DNA from: Eledone cirrhosa | Taxonomy: Eukaryota | Direction: 5' to 3' | NCBI GenBank assembly: GCA_964016885.1 | Contig: OZ024750.1 | Coordinates: 24,180,001 to 24,244,000 of the forward strand | DNA: 64,000 nt | In this document: piece after piece, positions 25,375-38,492 of the stretch | Layout of the letters: each line of letters opens with the position of its first letter | How positions within the stretch are numbered: position 1 is the stretch's first letter | Notes under the pieces: generated by a model | Told to the model about the DNA's origin: nothing | Database searches by the model: none | Seen by the model: only the letters and a program-made list of their open reading frames with translations | Translations under genes and position numbers: made by a program

Positions 25375-26300
25375 ATTTTCTTCTTTTTAGTTATTTTCTT
25401 TTTCTTTCTTTTTTTCATTTTTCCCCTCTTTCTCTCTTTTCATTTTTCTCTTTTTCATTTATCTCTCTTTCTCTCTCCTTTCATTTTTCTGTTTCTCTCT
25501 TTCACCCCCATTCTCTTTGCTTTCATTTCCCTCCACTTTCTCTCTCCTTTCATTTTCTCCCCTTTCTCTCTTCTTTCATTTTCTCCCCTTTCTCTCTCCT
25601 TTCATTTTCCCTTTTTTCTCTCTCCTTTCATTTTCCCTTTTTTCTCTCTCCTTTCATTTTCCCTTTTTTCTCTCTCCTTTCATTTTCCCTTTTTTTCTCT
25701 CTCCTTTTATTTTCCCTTTTTTCTCTATCCTTTCATTTTCCCTTTTTTCTCTATCCTTTCATTTTCTCCCCTTTCTCTCTTTCATTTTCTTTCATTTTCT
25801 CCCCTTTCTCTCTCCTTTCATTTTCCCTTTTTTCTTTCCTTTCATTTTCCCTTTTTTCTTTCCTTTCATTTTCCCTTTTTTCTTTTCTTTCATTTTCCCT
25901 TTTTTCTTTTCTTTCATTTTCCCTTTTTTCTTTTCTTTCATTTTCCCTTTTTTCTTTTCTTTCATTTTCCCTTTTTTCTTTTCTTTCATTTTCCCTTTTT
26001 TCTTTTCTTTCATTTTCCCTTTTTTCTTTTCTTTCATTTTCCCTTTTTTCTTTTCTTTCATTTTCCCTTTTTTCTTTTCTTTCATTTTCCCTTTTTTCTT
26101 TTCTTTCATTTTCCCTTTTTTCTTTTCTTTCATTTTCCCTTTTTTTCTTTTCTTTCATTTTCCCTTTTCTCTTTCCTTTCATTTTCCCTTTTCTCTTTCC
26201 TTTCATTTTTTCATCCTTTTACTTTCTTTCTCTCTTTTTCCATTTTATTTTCCTTTTTATCCTTTCACTTATGCTTTCTCTTTTTCTCTCTTATTTTCTT
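25375..26300. repeat. ~0.9-kb polypyrimidine tract with 24-bp unit TTTTCTTTCATTTTCCCTTTTTTC
   Basis: Homogeneous units at ~25820-26150, degenerate towards the flanks. Confidence 0.95.
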
Positions 26301-27029
26301 CCACAAGAGGACATTTTTCAATATGGACTTTGTACTTTTCAATGACACAGACTTAATCTCAGTCTCTACACAAATCAAATAAACAATCTTGTCAGAAATA
26401 CAATAAAAGCTTTCAAAATTGCTATAAATGTTACACTTCACACATTCTCTCAAGGCAACTTGACATATATTTCATTGTTAAAACTGTATTATATAAACTA
26501 GAATTTCTCTTTAGGGCTAGGAAATAGTTCAGCCATGATCAGCTGCTGATCTTCTATGTGACTGTGGTAGAAAATGAAAATCATTTACCTTAGGTGTTCC
26601 TTATTAGTTGTCTCTCTATCTAGTTACATAACCCGAGAATCATACTCATCTAAACTCTGGTAAAAAAATTAGTTTCACATAAGACCCTTGAAAATATAAC
26701 CTGCCCCTTCCATGAATGTCATGCAAGAGAAAGCTAAAGTTGATCACTTCTATTAACTCTTTAGCATTTAAATCGGCCATATCTGGCCAGAATTCTCTCA
26801 CCTCATTCTCTTCAAACCAGCTGTAACTAGCCACTCATACTGATGTTAAGGTATTGTTCTAAAAATAAATGATATCAAAATCTCATATATTATGTGAGAT
26901 AAAGCCTTTACCACAAAAATACAATAGTATACATAGAGTAATGCAGATGTTAAAGGGTTGATATGTCATTATCCATTTTCACTTCCAATGCATGACCCAT
27001 TAACCAACAAAGACTCAAGAAAGACTTAC

Positions 27030-27133
27030 TGTATATACTCGAATATAAGCTGACCTCTCCCCATTTTACGATTTTTTTTTTTTTTTTTTTTTTTTTTGGT
27101 CATATTCCTCAGCTTATATTTGAATATATATGG
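27030..27133. mobile_element. Small Tc2-like MITE
   Basis: TA|CTGTATATACTCGAATATAAGCTGA...TCAGCTTATATTTGAATATATATGG|TA. Confidence 0.7.
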
Positions 27134-28417
27134 TACATAGGAATTCTACTCACACCCTGTTGCTGCTATATACTCAAACATCTTATACATCATCATCGTT
27201 TAATGTCTTTCTTCCACGCTAGCATGAGTTTAGACGGGAATTGTCCCACTTGAGGCAAGATTGGTCGTCTTGTTCGTATGGGACTGTCTGGCAGGTTTTC
27301 TCTGGCTGGATGCCCTTCCTAACACCAACCACGTTTACTGTGTGGACTGGGAGCTTTTTACCATGTTACCTACACGGCCACATTACAACGTGGACTGTGT
27401 GTTTCATTCATAAGAAAACAATTGAAATGATTAGCAAAAAATTCACTCTCAGACACATCACTCCTGGTTTTCTGAATTAGTTAGCTGCATACTCTTGAAA
27501 CTTCTGCTTACCTATTCCATCTGTCAATTCTCTTCCCACCACTAAGAAAATATCCTCTTCTGACTAAGTACATAAATAATGTTTTTCTTCCCCTTTCTCT
27601 CTTCTATTTTGTTACTCCCTCTCACCCTCACCCTACACTTTTCTCCAGCTACTGTCTGTTATTTATTTCTCCAATTGTGGTCTTGTGTTTGGAGTTTAGT
27701 ATGTTTCTTAGAAAATTAAATTTTATAATCTCTAATTCTCTTATCTATTATAAATCATTTGAAATTGGTTTAAGGTTCTTAACTTTGCCTGCAACTAAAT
27801 TTTTCTCTTGTTTTATCTACCTTTAGTTATTAACTTAGGTTTTCTCATTAGTTCTGTAGTTTTTTTTTACTCATAATAAAGCTAAATTTCTTTTTACATG
27901 CTTTATTTAATAATTTGTTATCTCTTAGAATTTCTGTTATATCTTTGTTTCAATTACTATTCTAGAAAATATTTCTCTTATTGTGAATACATATTCATAC
28001 CAGCAATGTCCAACAAGGTACATCATTTTAGATGGAGTCTTGTACGATATACAAGCATATATTTCCTAACAGTGGTAGCTGTTTAACATGAATATCTTGA
28101 GGTGATGGGGGAAGGATTGAGAAAGTTGTAATCCTGAGGAAAGGAGGACTGAAGTGCTGTAATGATTTAGCAGAAAATATCTAAAATTTGGTTTGCTAAT
28201 TCTAATGTTTATAGTATATTTACTAGAGGTCAGATCATTGTGAAAATTTGCAATATTAATGTAAACACAAATTTTGAATATTATGCTGGTATAGTATTTT
28301 GTGGTTATACTTAACTACAGTCACTTTCTTTTGTTCTTGGTTTGGCTAGAACGTAACATTTTCAATTGCTTTTACTTTTTACATTCAACAATATTTTAAC
28401 ATTTTAGATATTTACCT

Positions 28418-28862
28418 CCCCAAGTGAGACAAGACAAGCTCATGGATGTTATCCAACCATCTTGCTTGGAGTTTACCACTGGGTCTCCTGCCGGTTGGTT
28501 TTGCCTGTAAAATCTGTCCAGTGTTTCTTTCCTGAGACATTCTAACCACATGTACATAATATCGGAGCTGTGATCTGTCAATTCAGAGAAGTAGCGACTC
28601 TACCTGGAGTGACTCTGATCTTTGAGCTATGTACTCCGAGTAATGTTACTCCAAAGACCCTTCGGAGGAACCCCCATTTCAGCTGCTTGTATTTGTGAAC
28701 ACATTCTTTCGGTCATTACCTAAGATTCCCGACCATAAATAAGGGTTGGTATGTATACTGAATTGAAGATAGCAGTTCAATTGGGGCTGATTGCTTCTGA
28801 CAGGAAGGAATGTTTGATGACTGCCTTCATAACCCTCTCAGGAGTAAGTGGGCGAAGAAGAA
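28418..28862 (+). mobile_element. Expander/Rex3-like RTE LINE with 5' inversion
   Basis: 28418-~28773 is antisense (IFNSVYIPTLIYGRES*VMTERMCSQIQAAEMGFLRRVFGVTL); ~28773-28862 is the sense 3' end with GAAGAAGAA tail. Confidence 0.85.
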
Positions 28863-31596
28863 ATTTACATTATATGTGATTTGAGTATGATATTGCCCCA
28901 CTAAAAATATTATGAGTAACAGATGTTAGTTGCTAAAATTAAATTTCAGTAAGATAACATTTTTAACCACTTTTTAAGTTTCATAAAGGCAATTCAGACG
29001 TAAGCATGTTTAGCTAAACTGGTTAATAATTGTTTCTACTTGGTTAATAATATTACTCAGAGAACTATTAGTGATATGGATAAAGCACAGAAAACAGTAT
29101 GGTAGATGCAACAAAAATAAAAATTTTATGAAATCACTTGAAAATTTAAAATGTTAAATAAAAAAAAAAATACAGTTTGTAAAGCATTGAAAAAATGAAT
29201 GTTTGGTCTTTTGGGAATTATAGCTGTTAGTTTGAGGTCAATTTCTGTAGAAATACACCAGAATACTAGATGTAGCTGGAGTGAAAGGAATTTTTAAACT
29301 GTTTTCATAATTAGACACAAGGTTAATTAATACATTATTGATACCTCTACATAGTTGTTTAAGCTGTTAGAAATAGCAGCCAAACGTCTCTCAAATCACA
29401 GCCTACTCTCATAAAAGAAACTTTGGATAATGTAGTCCTTAATTTACAAAGATGAGATGGAGCACCTTTGAACTTAGAATAAATTACTGGCACTTAGGAA
29501 AGCATGACAGGAAAAACATACTTCAGCAAGATTTGAACTTGAAATACAAGTAATATTACTAAATAATCTAGTACTCAACTATTTCAGCTACTTCACTATT
29601 CTAAGAAACATTGATAAGAATTACTACATTAAACCCTAAAGTGCTATCTGTGGCAAAAAAAAAAAAAAAAAAATCTACTTAAGAGGCTATCTTTTTCTCC
29701 TTTTCAATACGTTTATTTTAGAGATCAGCTTTAGTTTGTTTAGCTGCTAGTTGCTTGTTTAGCTGCTAGTATGACTAACTTGCTTTTCTGCAATCAGTAT
29801 AGTTTATTTTTGATTGTGACTTGGCTCGTTTCCTAGTAACTATTTTATTCAAACAATCTTTATTTAAAATGGGTTTCTCTTATTTTATTCTAAATGTTTG
29901 ATAAAGCAAAAAACAGAAGAGATAGTGTATATCTGAGATTGCAATTGATAGTTAATTTATATTTTAAGATCTTTTGACTATTGACAATTGTGTGAAGAAA
30001 GACGGAGAGATTTAAACATTTGGTTATGAAAGTAACATAACGATCTTGATTATTTTTGTTAGTTGATGTCTAGGAGGTGAGAAGAATTACTTAGGTTATT
30101 TTTCTTTTTTTTTTGCTAGTGTCAAATTTGAGTATTAGGAACAGAACTAGTTATTTTATAAATATATAAATATAAATACTAAAGATTGATAGTTAGTGAT
30201 ATCCAGAGCTTTTAGGTGAAAGACAATATAATCATAGTGAAGAAATATCTTAAGAAGCTGAATCTCATATCATCATCATCATCGTTTAACGTCCATCTTC
30301 CATGCTAGCATAGGTAGGACGGACTGCCCCTTTGTGAGGGATCAGGTCTGACAACATGATTCATTCACACAGAACTGATTTTGGCTTGGTTTCTATGGCT
30401 GGATGCCCTTCATAACGCCAACCTCATTTACAGTGTGGACTGGGTGCTTTTTGTCGTGACACCTACACCTATGAGCCTAAAATGACTCCTGACCTTCAAC
30501 TATCCCCCAGTATCTATCCTCACTATCATTGCACAACTCCACCCCTTTCATGCCCTTTTCTATCACCACTATCTCTGCCCCCTAGTAGCTATTCTCAGCA
30601 TCTCTTTAGTCTATCCTGAGTTACTTCCACCCCTCTTAAAACCTAACATCCGTACTATCCAAAATCACCCCCACCCCTCTCCCACTCCACCAAAGAATCC
30701 TCTCCCCCTTATAACCTCCAAAACTCCAGTCATAACCCCTTACTTGCTGTTATCGCCAGAGTATCTCCCACACTGTCTGAGGTCATTCCTTCTCTCTCGT
30801 TCATCACCCTGTTAAATCCCACCACTCCACTATTTGGAATATATCCATGTCCACCCATAGAGTAGAGAAGGCAATGACTGATAACTTCTCTAGTGCTGGT
30901 GTCATGAAAAATGCACACAGTACACCTGTAAGATGTTTGGTTATAGGAAAGGCATTCTGCTGAAGAAAACATGGTAATCCTGGGGCAACACCCACCTCCG
31001 TTTGCTGCCAGGTGGAGTTCAGTTCATCACTGTTTTCGAATATTGTTCCTTGGGCAGCTGCAGAATATGGCAAGTCAGGTGGCACTGACATTCTGTGACC
31101 ACCATCTGCAGTGTCCACAACTCCATGTGGATATGTTTAATTACATGATAAACATTGCTAAACGAAAGTTGATCTTATTAAAGATGCTCTCTTTGACATT
31201 GTATGAAATCAACAATGACCTAATTTGTTATTCTTTATATTCAGTTAAAGGTTTTAACAAAAGAAATCAATCTTACTTAGCTTAAGATGTGAAAATAACT
31301 GGTTATAAAACTTAAACTATTATAAACTATAGATAAAGCTTAGAGATGAATCAATTTCTACTTTATAAATTTTAATTGTTTCTACTTTAGGCACAAGGCC
31401 AGCAATTACCCAGTACATTACTGGTACTTTATTTTATCGACCCCGTAAGGATGAAAGGCAAAGTTAACCTCGGCGGGATTTGAACTCAGACTGTAAAGGG
31501 ACGTAACTATGTTAGAAAGCATGGCGTCCAACCCTCTACCGATACTGCCAATTCACCGCCTTATAAATTTTAATATTGTTTGATTAGTTTTATGTA

Positions 31597-31883
31597 ACTA
31601 GACCCCCCCCCCCCCGTGACCCATTGGGTTACGTTCACTTCAAAATATATTTTTAAAATCATGTTCAGTTAAAAATAATTTTTAAATAATTAAAACATAC
31701 ACAGGCATGTATATAATGTGAAATGAAACTGGAAGGCCCTTATATATACGTGTGTGTATGTATATATGTAAATGTGTGTGCATACATATGTATGTGTGTG
31801 TGTGTATATATATATGTGGGTGTCTGATCTATATGCACTGGTCATAGACACACATACACACACGCACACACGTATATATATAT

Positions 31884-31935
<52 letters not shown>

Positions 31936-32500
31936 GCACACACACACTCACATATATATATATATATATATATATATACACGTACACAGCACCACTACCA
32001 GCTCTCTTCCATTCTCTTTCTGTCTCCTCTCCCTCTCTCTACTCTCCCTCTCTCTACTCTCCCTCTCTCTATGTCTCCTCTCCTTCTCTCTATGTCTCCT
32101 CTCCTTCTCTCTATGTCTCCTCTCCTTCTCTCTATGTCTCCTCTCCTTCTCTCTATGTCTCCTCTCCTTCTCTCTATGTCTCCTCTCCTTCTCTCTATGT
32201 CTCCTCTCCTTCTCTCTATGTCTCCTCTCCTTCTCTCTATGTCCCTCTTTCTATCTACTCTCTCACAACCACTATCTCTTCCTCTCTATCTTTCTCTCTC
32301 TTTGTTTATGAAGGTATCCGGAAAAAGCCCATATCTCGGGAACCCGTGGTCCGATTTACGCGAAACTTGTTTTATTCCATTTGTATTCCCATTTCAGGGG
32401 CAACCTTCTTTTAAAGTATTTTCTCATTATGCGCCCTTTTGGCTGTATTACATTACAGACAAGCAAGCAAGCAATCACAGACTTTTAGTAATATATAGAC
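31597..32500 (+). mobile_element. Probable HINE/DINE-like element swollen by (TA)/(CA) repeats and a 21-bp minisatellite (CTCTATGTCTCCTCTCCTTCT, ~32065-32245)
   Basis: ACTAGAC..CGTGACCC/GGGTTACG hairpin at the start; (CAAG)n and TTTTAGTAATATATAGA at the end. Confidence 0.5.
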
Positions 32501-32739
32501 AAAGAAATACAAGTGTTTTGGTAGTTTGTTGAACTAATTTCAACTCTTGTTATATAACTTAACACATTTGTTTCAGAAACAATATATGAAAATGTTTTCT
32601 GTTTTGTTTCTAAGACCAGTTAGATTGAGGAGTAGGAGAAAATACTCACTGTTTCTATAACTATTTTCTATAAACCTCAATTAATGCATTGATTGTTGTA
32701 TTACTTCTTAATTTTCAAACCATACAATTGTTTTTGCAG

Positions 32740-32897
32740 GGTGCATGAATTTCTTGGAGAAGTTCAGTCTGTGGCTAAAGACAACAACTTCTTCGTTCCA
32801 GGATTTAGTCCCACGGAAATGGATGAGATTCCAGGCATTTATAAAAGTATCATTGACAATCCTGCTGCTTTACATGACAGCTTTAAGAATGCAAAAG
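32740..32897 (+). CDS. ABCA2: Exon 3: (R)VHEFLGEVQSVAKDNNFF...HDSFKNAK
   Basis: ttgcag|G ... AAAG|gtaagt; 158 nt; phases fit both neighbours. Confidence 0.88.
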
Positions 32898-33104
32898 GTA
32901 AGTAATGGTTTTGATTTTTAACCCTTTAACATTTACATTTCTCTATATTTACTATTATATTTTCACAGTAAAGGCTTTACCTCACATGATTATCTCACAT
33001 AATATCAAATCTATGAGATTTTGATATTATTTATTTTGAGAACAATACCTCAACATTAGTATGAGTGGCCGGTTACGGTCAGTTTGAACAGAAAGAGGTG
33101 AAAG

Positions 33105-33305
33105 AAATGGGTATATACTCGAATATAAGCCAACCCCTAGTTTATGTTTGAGAAATGGGTATATACTCGAATATAAGCTGACACCCTAGTTTGTGTTTGA
33201 AAAATGGGTATATTCTCGAATATAAGCTGACTCCCTAGTTTATGTTTGAGAAATGGATATATACTTGAATATGTCAACCCCTATTTTATGTTTGAGAAAT
33301 GGGCA
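33105..33305. repeat. ~48-bp tandem repeat x4 containing a Tc2-MITE terminal motif
   Basis: Unit GAAATGGGTATATACTCGAATATAAGC...CCCTAGTTTATGTTTGA. Confidence 0.85.
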
Positions 33306-34076
33306 TAAATCCAAACCCTGTTAATAATTCGAGGCAGCTAAACAACACATTATGTTTAGATGGTGTGGTTTTGAAATTCTCATGGATGGAAAATATATTT
33401 ATGAAGTTTTAATATTTTGATCTTTAAAATGTTTTAAGTTTCGTTTAGAATATAGTTTTTGTTTTAAAACTCCATTATATAATGAGTTTCCATTATGTTA
33501 AGCTTGAAAAAGTTTCTCAAATTTCAGGTTTTTTCCTCTTCTTTAACATGTCATGGAACCACATTAGTAAGACATTTTTGTACAAAATAGCACTTATAAC
33601 TACATCAAATTAAAACTAAAAGTCTTTAGTTAATTGCAAATTTTTACAATCTGTCTACTAGTAAAGATACTATAAACATTTGAAATAACAATCTCATTTT
33701 TAGATATTTTTTGCTAAATTATTACAAGTTGTTAAGAGATAAAGTGATATTTATTTTCAGTTAATTTATGGAAGTGCAATATTTATCTTTCCATGCCAGC
33801 ATCATTCATAACTAATTTCAACTTTTACAAGTAACTGATTTGTTTTTATAATGTTCTTTATTTTAATGTCATAATTTTACTATTTTCACTATTTATTTTT
33901 TTGGTTTTCTTTAACAACTTAGGTACATTTGTATTTTGATGTGTTGGTGTGTGTAGAACATTCTTAGAACTCGCTGATTCTACACTTCCAGTGTTAACTT
34001 TGATGTGTTAGTGGAACACAGAATCTCTTAATGCTACACACTATGATCTTGTTTCTAATTAAGGGATGAATTATTA

Positions 34077-34239
34077 CCGAATTTCCCAGCGCTGAAGACG
34101 CTTCATCCTCAAGGACGCAGCCCAATTTTGACAAAAATTTGAAAAAAAAAAATTAACAACCTTCGGCCTCCAGGAAGCATGGTAGATTTTTGAGACTTAT
34201 TTAGGAAAAAAGTAGCGTCTTGGACGCCGGGAAATACGG
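34077..34239 (+). mobile_element. Tc2/pogo-like MITE
   Basis: TA|CCGAATTTCCCAGCG...CGCCGGGAAATACGG|TA. Confidence 0.8.
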
Positions 34240-35934
34240 TAGTTAAATTCAAATGACTTAGAATGTCAGTCTTAGTTCTAAAGGTTGTGATTACTAATTG
34301 AGGTGTTAGACTACCTACCTGTAAATTATACCTGTTCAACTTGAAGTATTTACTTATTATAGAATAGTCTACTTTCTAAAGGAAGATCATTATTAACATT
34401 TATTTGTTAATTTCTTTATTTGTTTTCTGTTTTAATACAATAAAAATCAGTGTTAAGCACTAACACTATGAAATGTCTAAACCCAGACATAGATTGATTT
34501 GATTAGAACTTTCTGGTACACTTTCATTTTCAGTGTATTGATTTTATATTCTTGTAATATATCCTTGTCACTATAATCAATAAAATTTCATGAAAGCAGT
34601 TAAAAACCAATTAAACCTTTAGCATTTAAACCGGACATCTAGCCAGAATTCTCTCACCTCTTTCTGTTCAAACCGGCTGTAACCAGTCGCTCATAACGGT
34701 TAAGGTATTGTTCACAAAATAAATATCAAAATCTCATAGATTCGGTATTCTGTGAGATAATTATGTGAGGTAAAGCATTTACCATGAAAATATAAAGAGT
34801 AATGTAAATGCTAAAGGGTTAAAATATATAGATGAATGTGCATAATTTTTTTAACATTTAGAAATTCTATTCTAATTAGGAAGTTAAACAAACATATACT
34901 TTAATTTTATATTGGTTTCTATAATCAATTTAAAATGAAGTATTATTTTTACCTTCAAAATCATCATCATCATCGTTTAACGTCTATCTTCCATGCTAGC
35001 ATGGGTTATATGAATGATAGAATACCTCAGTGTTTAAAAATTACACAAGTTCACCTAAATATTTTAATAATTTATGCAATGTCTTTTTTTTTTAAATTTA
35101 ATACGTCATTGCTACATATTTATGTACTAAATGCCTTTATTATTGTTTACTAGTGTATATATTGTACAACTGTTTAGATATTCTGATAATTTAATTTCTC
35201 TATTTAGGTCAATGTTATTCATAAATATAGATAGAATATTAACCCTTTAGCATTTACATTATTCTATATTTATAATTATATTTCCATGGTAAACACTTTA
35301 TCTTGAATCTACAAGATTTTGATATTATTTATTTTGTGAACAATACCTTAACATCAATATGAGTGGCTGGTTATAGTTGGTTTGAATAGATAGAGGTGAG
35401 AGAATTCTGGCTGGATATGGCAGTTTTAAATGCTAAAGGGTTAAACAAAAATTAAATTGAATGTTTTTGTTTTTGTTGACATGCAAGACATCATTTTTAT
35501 TGAAAATTATTCCCTAAAATATTGGCCAACTAACAAAGTTTACCACCACGTGTTTTAAATACATGTTTTAAATCCCAAAGATCGGAGACGTTCATCATAC
35601 TGAAAAATTCATTATAATGGTATTCGTTATAACGGAATTTTACCTGTACAGAGAAACATATTGGCGATGGTACCATTTACCAAATATTCAAGATTACACA
35701 GATTTATTTCTAATAAAATCTTCAATCTTCAAGTCATGAAATAACTTTAGAAATGTCAAATATTTTATGTTTGTGCTGTATTTAATCCTGGATTAGAGGA
35801 GCTTTACAAAGTTATTAATGGCAGCATCTTAAATAGCTTTCCACAATAATCTGGATAAGTATTTGTAGTGTTATTTCTATGATATCACTAGTGGTACTCA
35901 GCATGACTACAGCTCACTGGTTGTAACTAGTAAA

Positions 35935-36293
35935 AGGGTCTTTGGAGTAACGTTAATCAATAAAGTGCATAGCTTGGAGATCAGAGAGTCACTCCAGGTA
36001 GAGCTGTTACTTCTCTGAATTGAGAGATCACAGCTCTGATGTTATGGGCATGTGATTAGAATGTCTCAGGAAAGAATCGCTGGACAGATTTTTACGGGTG
36101 AAACCAACTGGTAGGAGACCCAGGGGTAGACCCCCCCCCCCCAGCAAAATGTTTGGATAACCTCCATGACCTTGGCTGGTCACGCTTGGGGATCCAACTG
36201 GATCAGTTGGAGATGCTTGCTTCTGATAGGACCCACTGGAAGGAATGTTTGAGGACTCTGTCCCCTCCCAGGAATAAGTGGGCGAAGAAGAAT
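35935..36293 (+). mobile_element. Expander/Rex3-like RTE LINE 3' fragment
   Basis: Degraded frame GVTLINKVHSLEIRESLQVELLLL*IERSQL*CYGHVIRMSQER...PTGRRPRGRP; GAAGAAGAA tail. Confidence 0.85.
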
Positions 36294-36433
36294 ATAAGCA
36301 ATAAACATATCTAAATAAAAGAAAATATTCATGCAAGGATCCATTTTTGTCAAATAACTAACTATTTAATAATATATACAATCTCATTAAAGATGTTATA
36401 GCGGTTTTTATTGTATATATTTTTTTATTTCAG

Positions 36434-36555
36434 ATTTTCATCTTAATTCTGTGTTAAGTAACACGAATAAACTGGGGCACTATCTTGAGCAGAACATGTC
36501 TTTAACAAACAATGAAACTAATAGCATCCTGAATGCTTCAGTTAATGTTAAAAAG
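36434..36555 (+). CDS. ABCA2: Exon 4: (D)FHLNSVLSNTNKLGHYLEQNMSLTNNETNSILNASVNVKK
   Basis: ttcag|AT ... AAG|gtaatt; 122 nt; resembles the ABCA FLxQNLSL segment. Confidence 0.9.
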
Positions 36556-38150
36556 GTAATTTTCAATGTGTAAATCTAACTTCTGTTTTATTATTAATTA
36601 TTCCACATGTTTATTCTCTCATCTGTCCTGGCCCTCACAACTTCTCTCCAATTTCAACAGACCCAGATCTTGCTACACCTATTGGAAGTCCTCTTCAGCT
36701 GTGTCAAAGACATGACAACCTCCCTAGTGCTGGTGTCATGATAAAATGCACTCAGTAGAGCACAGGAATGTGAGATTCAGTCTCTGGACTGTCTGAGCAC
36801 TTAAAGTGCAGGGATGTATATGAGATGCAGGCCCTTGCCTATCTGTGAGGTCAATAGCTCTGCTTGAGTACTGACTCTGTCTATGGTGACCTGTCCAAGT
36901 TTTGCTAGCTGGGAAAATGAACATTGAATGATGATTATGATGTTATGATGGCGATCAGTGATATATTAAAACATTGGCAGTACTGGTAGAGGGTCGGACG
37001 CCATGCTTCGATGCATAGTTACAGCCCTTGCCATTCTGAGTTCAAATCCTGCCACAATTAACTTTGCCTTCCATCCTTACTGGGTCAATAAAATAAAGTA
37101 CCAGTAATGCACTGGGTAATGGCTGGCCTTGTGCCAAAAGTAGAAACAATTATTAATATATAAATTTAGGGCAATAAATTCAGTTATTAGAACATCAAAT
37201 AGAATGATTTGTGGTATTTATTCCAGCTCTCTGCACTCTGAGTTCAAATCCCGCTGAGGTCAACTTTGCCTTTCATCCTTTCGAGGTCGATAAAAAAAAG
37301 TAACAGTCTAGTACTGGGGTTATTTGTTCCTCTATATCTCTTTATCAGTCCCCTCTTTCTCTCTAAATGAAATTGGCTCTATTCAGACTGGGAGAGGAGA
37401 TGGGCTCTGCTAAATTTTAAAAAAGTGTACAAGAAACGCTCTGTCACTACGGTTCCCCTACAAAGCAGTTGTATATTAGGAGATCCAGAAAATGATATAG
37501 CTATAATCAATATGTATTGATTATTCACACCAAATAGAATAAGAAGCATATATTTGGCACCCATTCATATTGGTTCTACCCTCAATAAAAAGTAACAAGT
37601 ATGGAGCAAAATAACATTTGTGTTATGATTTTATTGTATACAGGTTTGATTAAATGGTGGAAATAAAATTTGTGATAATCATTTTTTAAGTTATTGAATT
37701 GATATTTCTTTTAAGGTGTTTATTTTTTTAAAAGGTATCTTAATTTTTTAATGTACTACCTTCATATTTGCACATGTAGATCAATTAGAAATCTATTGAT
37801 ATCTTGATAACATAAATAAGCAGTGACTAATTTAAGAATTACTTTGCAGGTTTCTTTGTTTCTTTTTATATATAAGAAGCTGAAAAGATTAATTAGCAGA
37901 ATGCCTAGAACATATTACAAAAGAAATTCAATGCTTTGTGGTTTTTTTATTGTTTACGTGTCATAAGCTTTCTAATCTATAAACCAATAAATGAGTATCA
38001 AAAGTTCAATCCGCTTTGAAGTTTTGCAATTTGTTAATAAGATATTAAACTGATCTCATTTTTGATCTGTGATAATTATAATAGATATTTAAAACAAATG
38101 ATTATGGGGAATATTTATTGTAACTAATGCTAAATAATTCTCTTCTCTAG

Positions 38151-38492
38151 ATTTATGAACTTTTATTTGGAACTTCATTAGACTTACCAGTAAAAATTCG
38201 AGAGAAAAGAGATGTTAACACAACAGAAGAAAATTCTCTTAAAGCTTTACATACAAATGTCTTGAATAATTTCAATTATGAAATTATGGAAGATTCTGCT
38301 GAAGATTTAATTCCAAAGGTTGAGATGTTTCCTGAAGTTTCTATGATTGGTCAAGGTTTGTTATATGAGCTCCTTGAAAGTCCTCAACTGAAACTTGATG
38401 AATCATTGCTTCATGTCATACGCCAACTTCTTGGAATACCAGTATCGAAATCTGATAAAATTGATCCCTTTAAAGTAGCAGAGCTTTTGAAG
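38151..38492 (+). CDS. ABCA2: Exon 5: IYELLFGTSLDLPVKIREKRDV...KVAELLK (114 aa)
   Basis: ctctag|ATT ... AAG|gtaagt; 342 nt open frame; IYELLFG matches ABCA2 VYHLLFG. Confidence 0.88.

Noticed and set aside
25338-26356. Long ORFs of 335, 279, 151 and 113 aa
   Set aside because: They are translations of the 24-bp polypyrimidine repeat, low complexity and intronic
30804-31285. Overlapping 104-aa ORFs on both strands
   Set aside because: No recognisable domain, partly built from SINE fragments, and not needed for ABCA2 phase continuity
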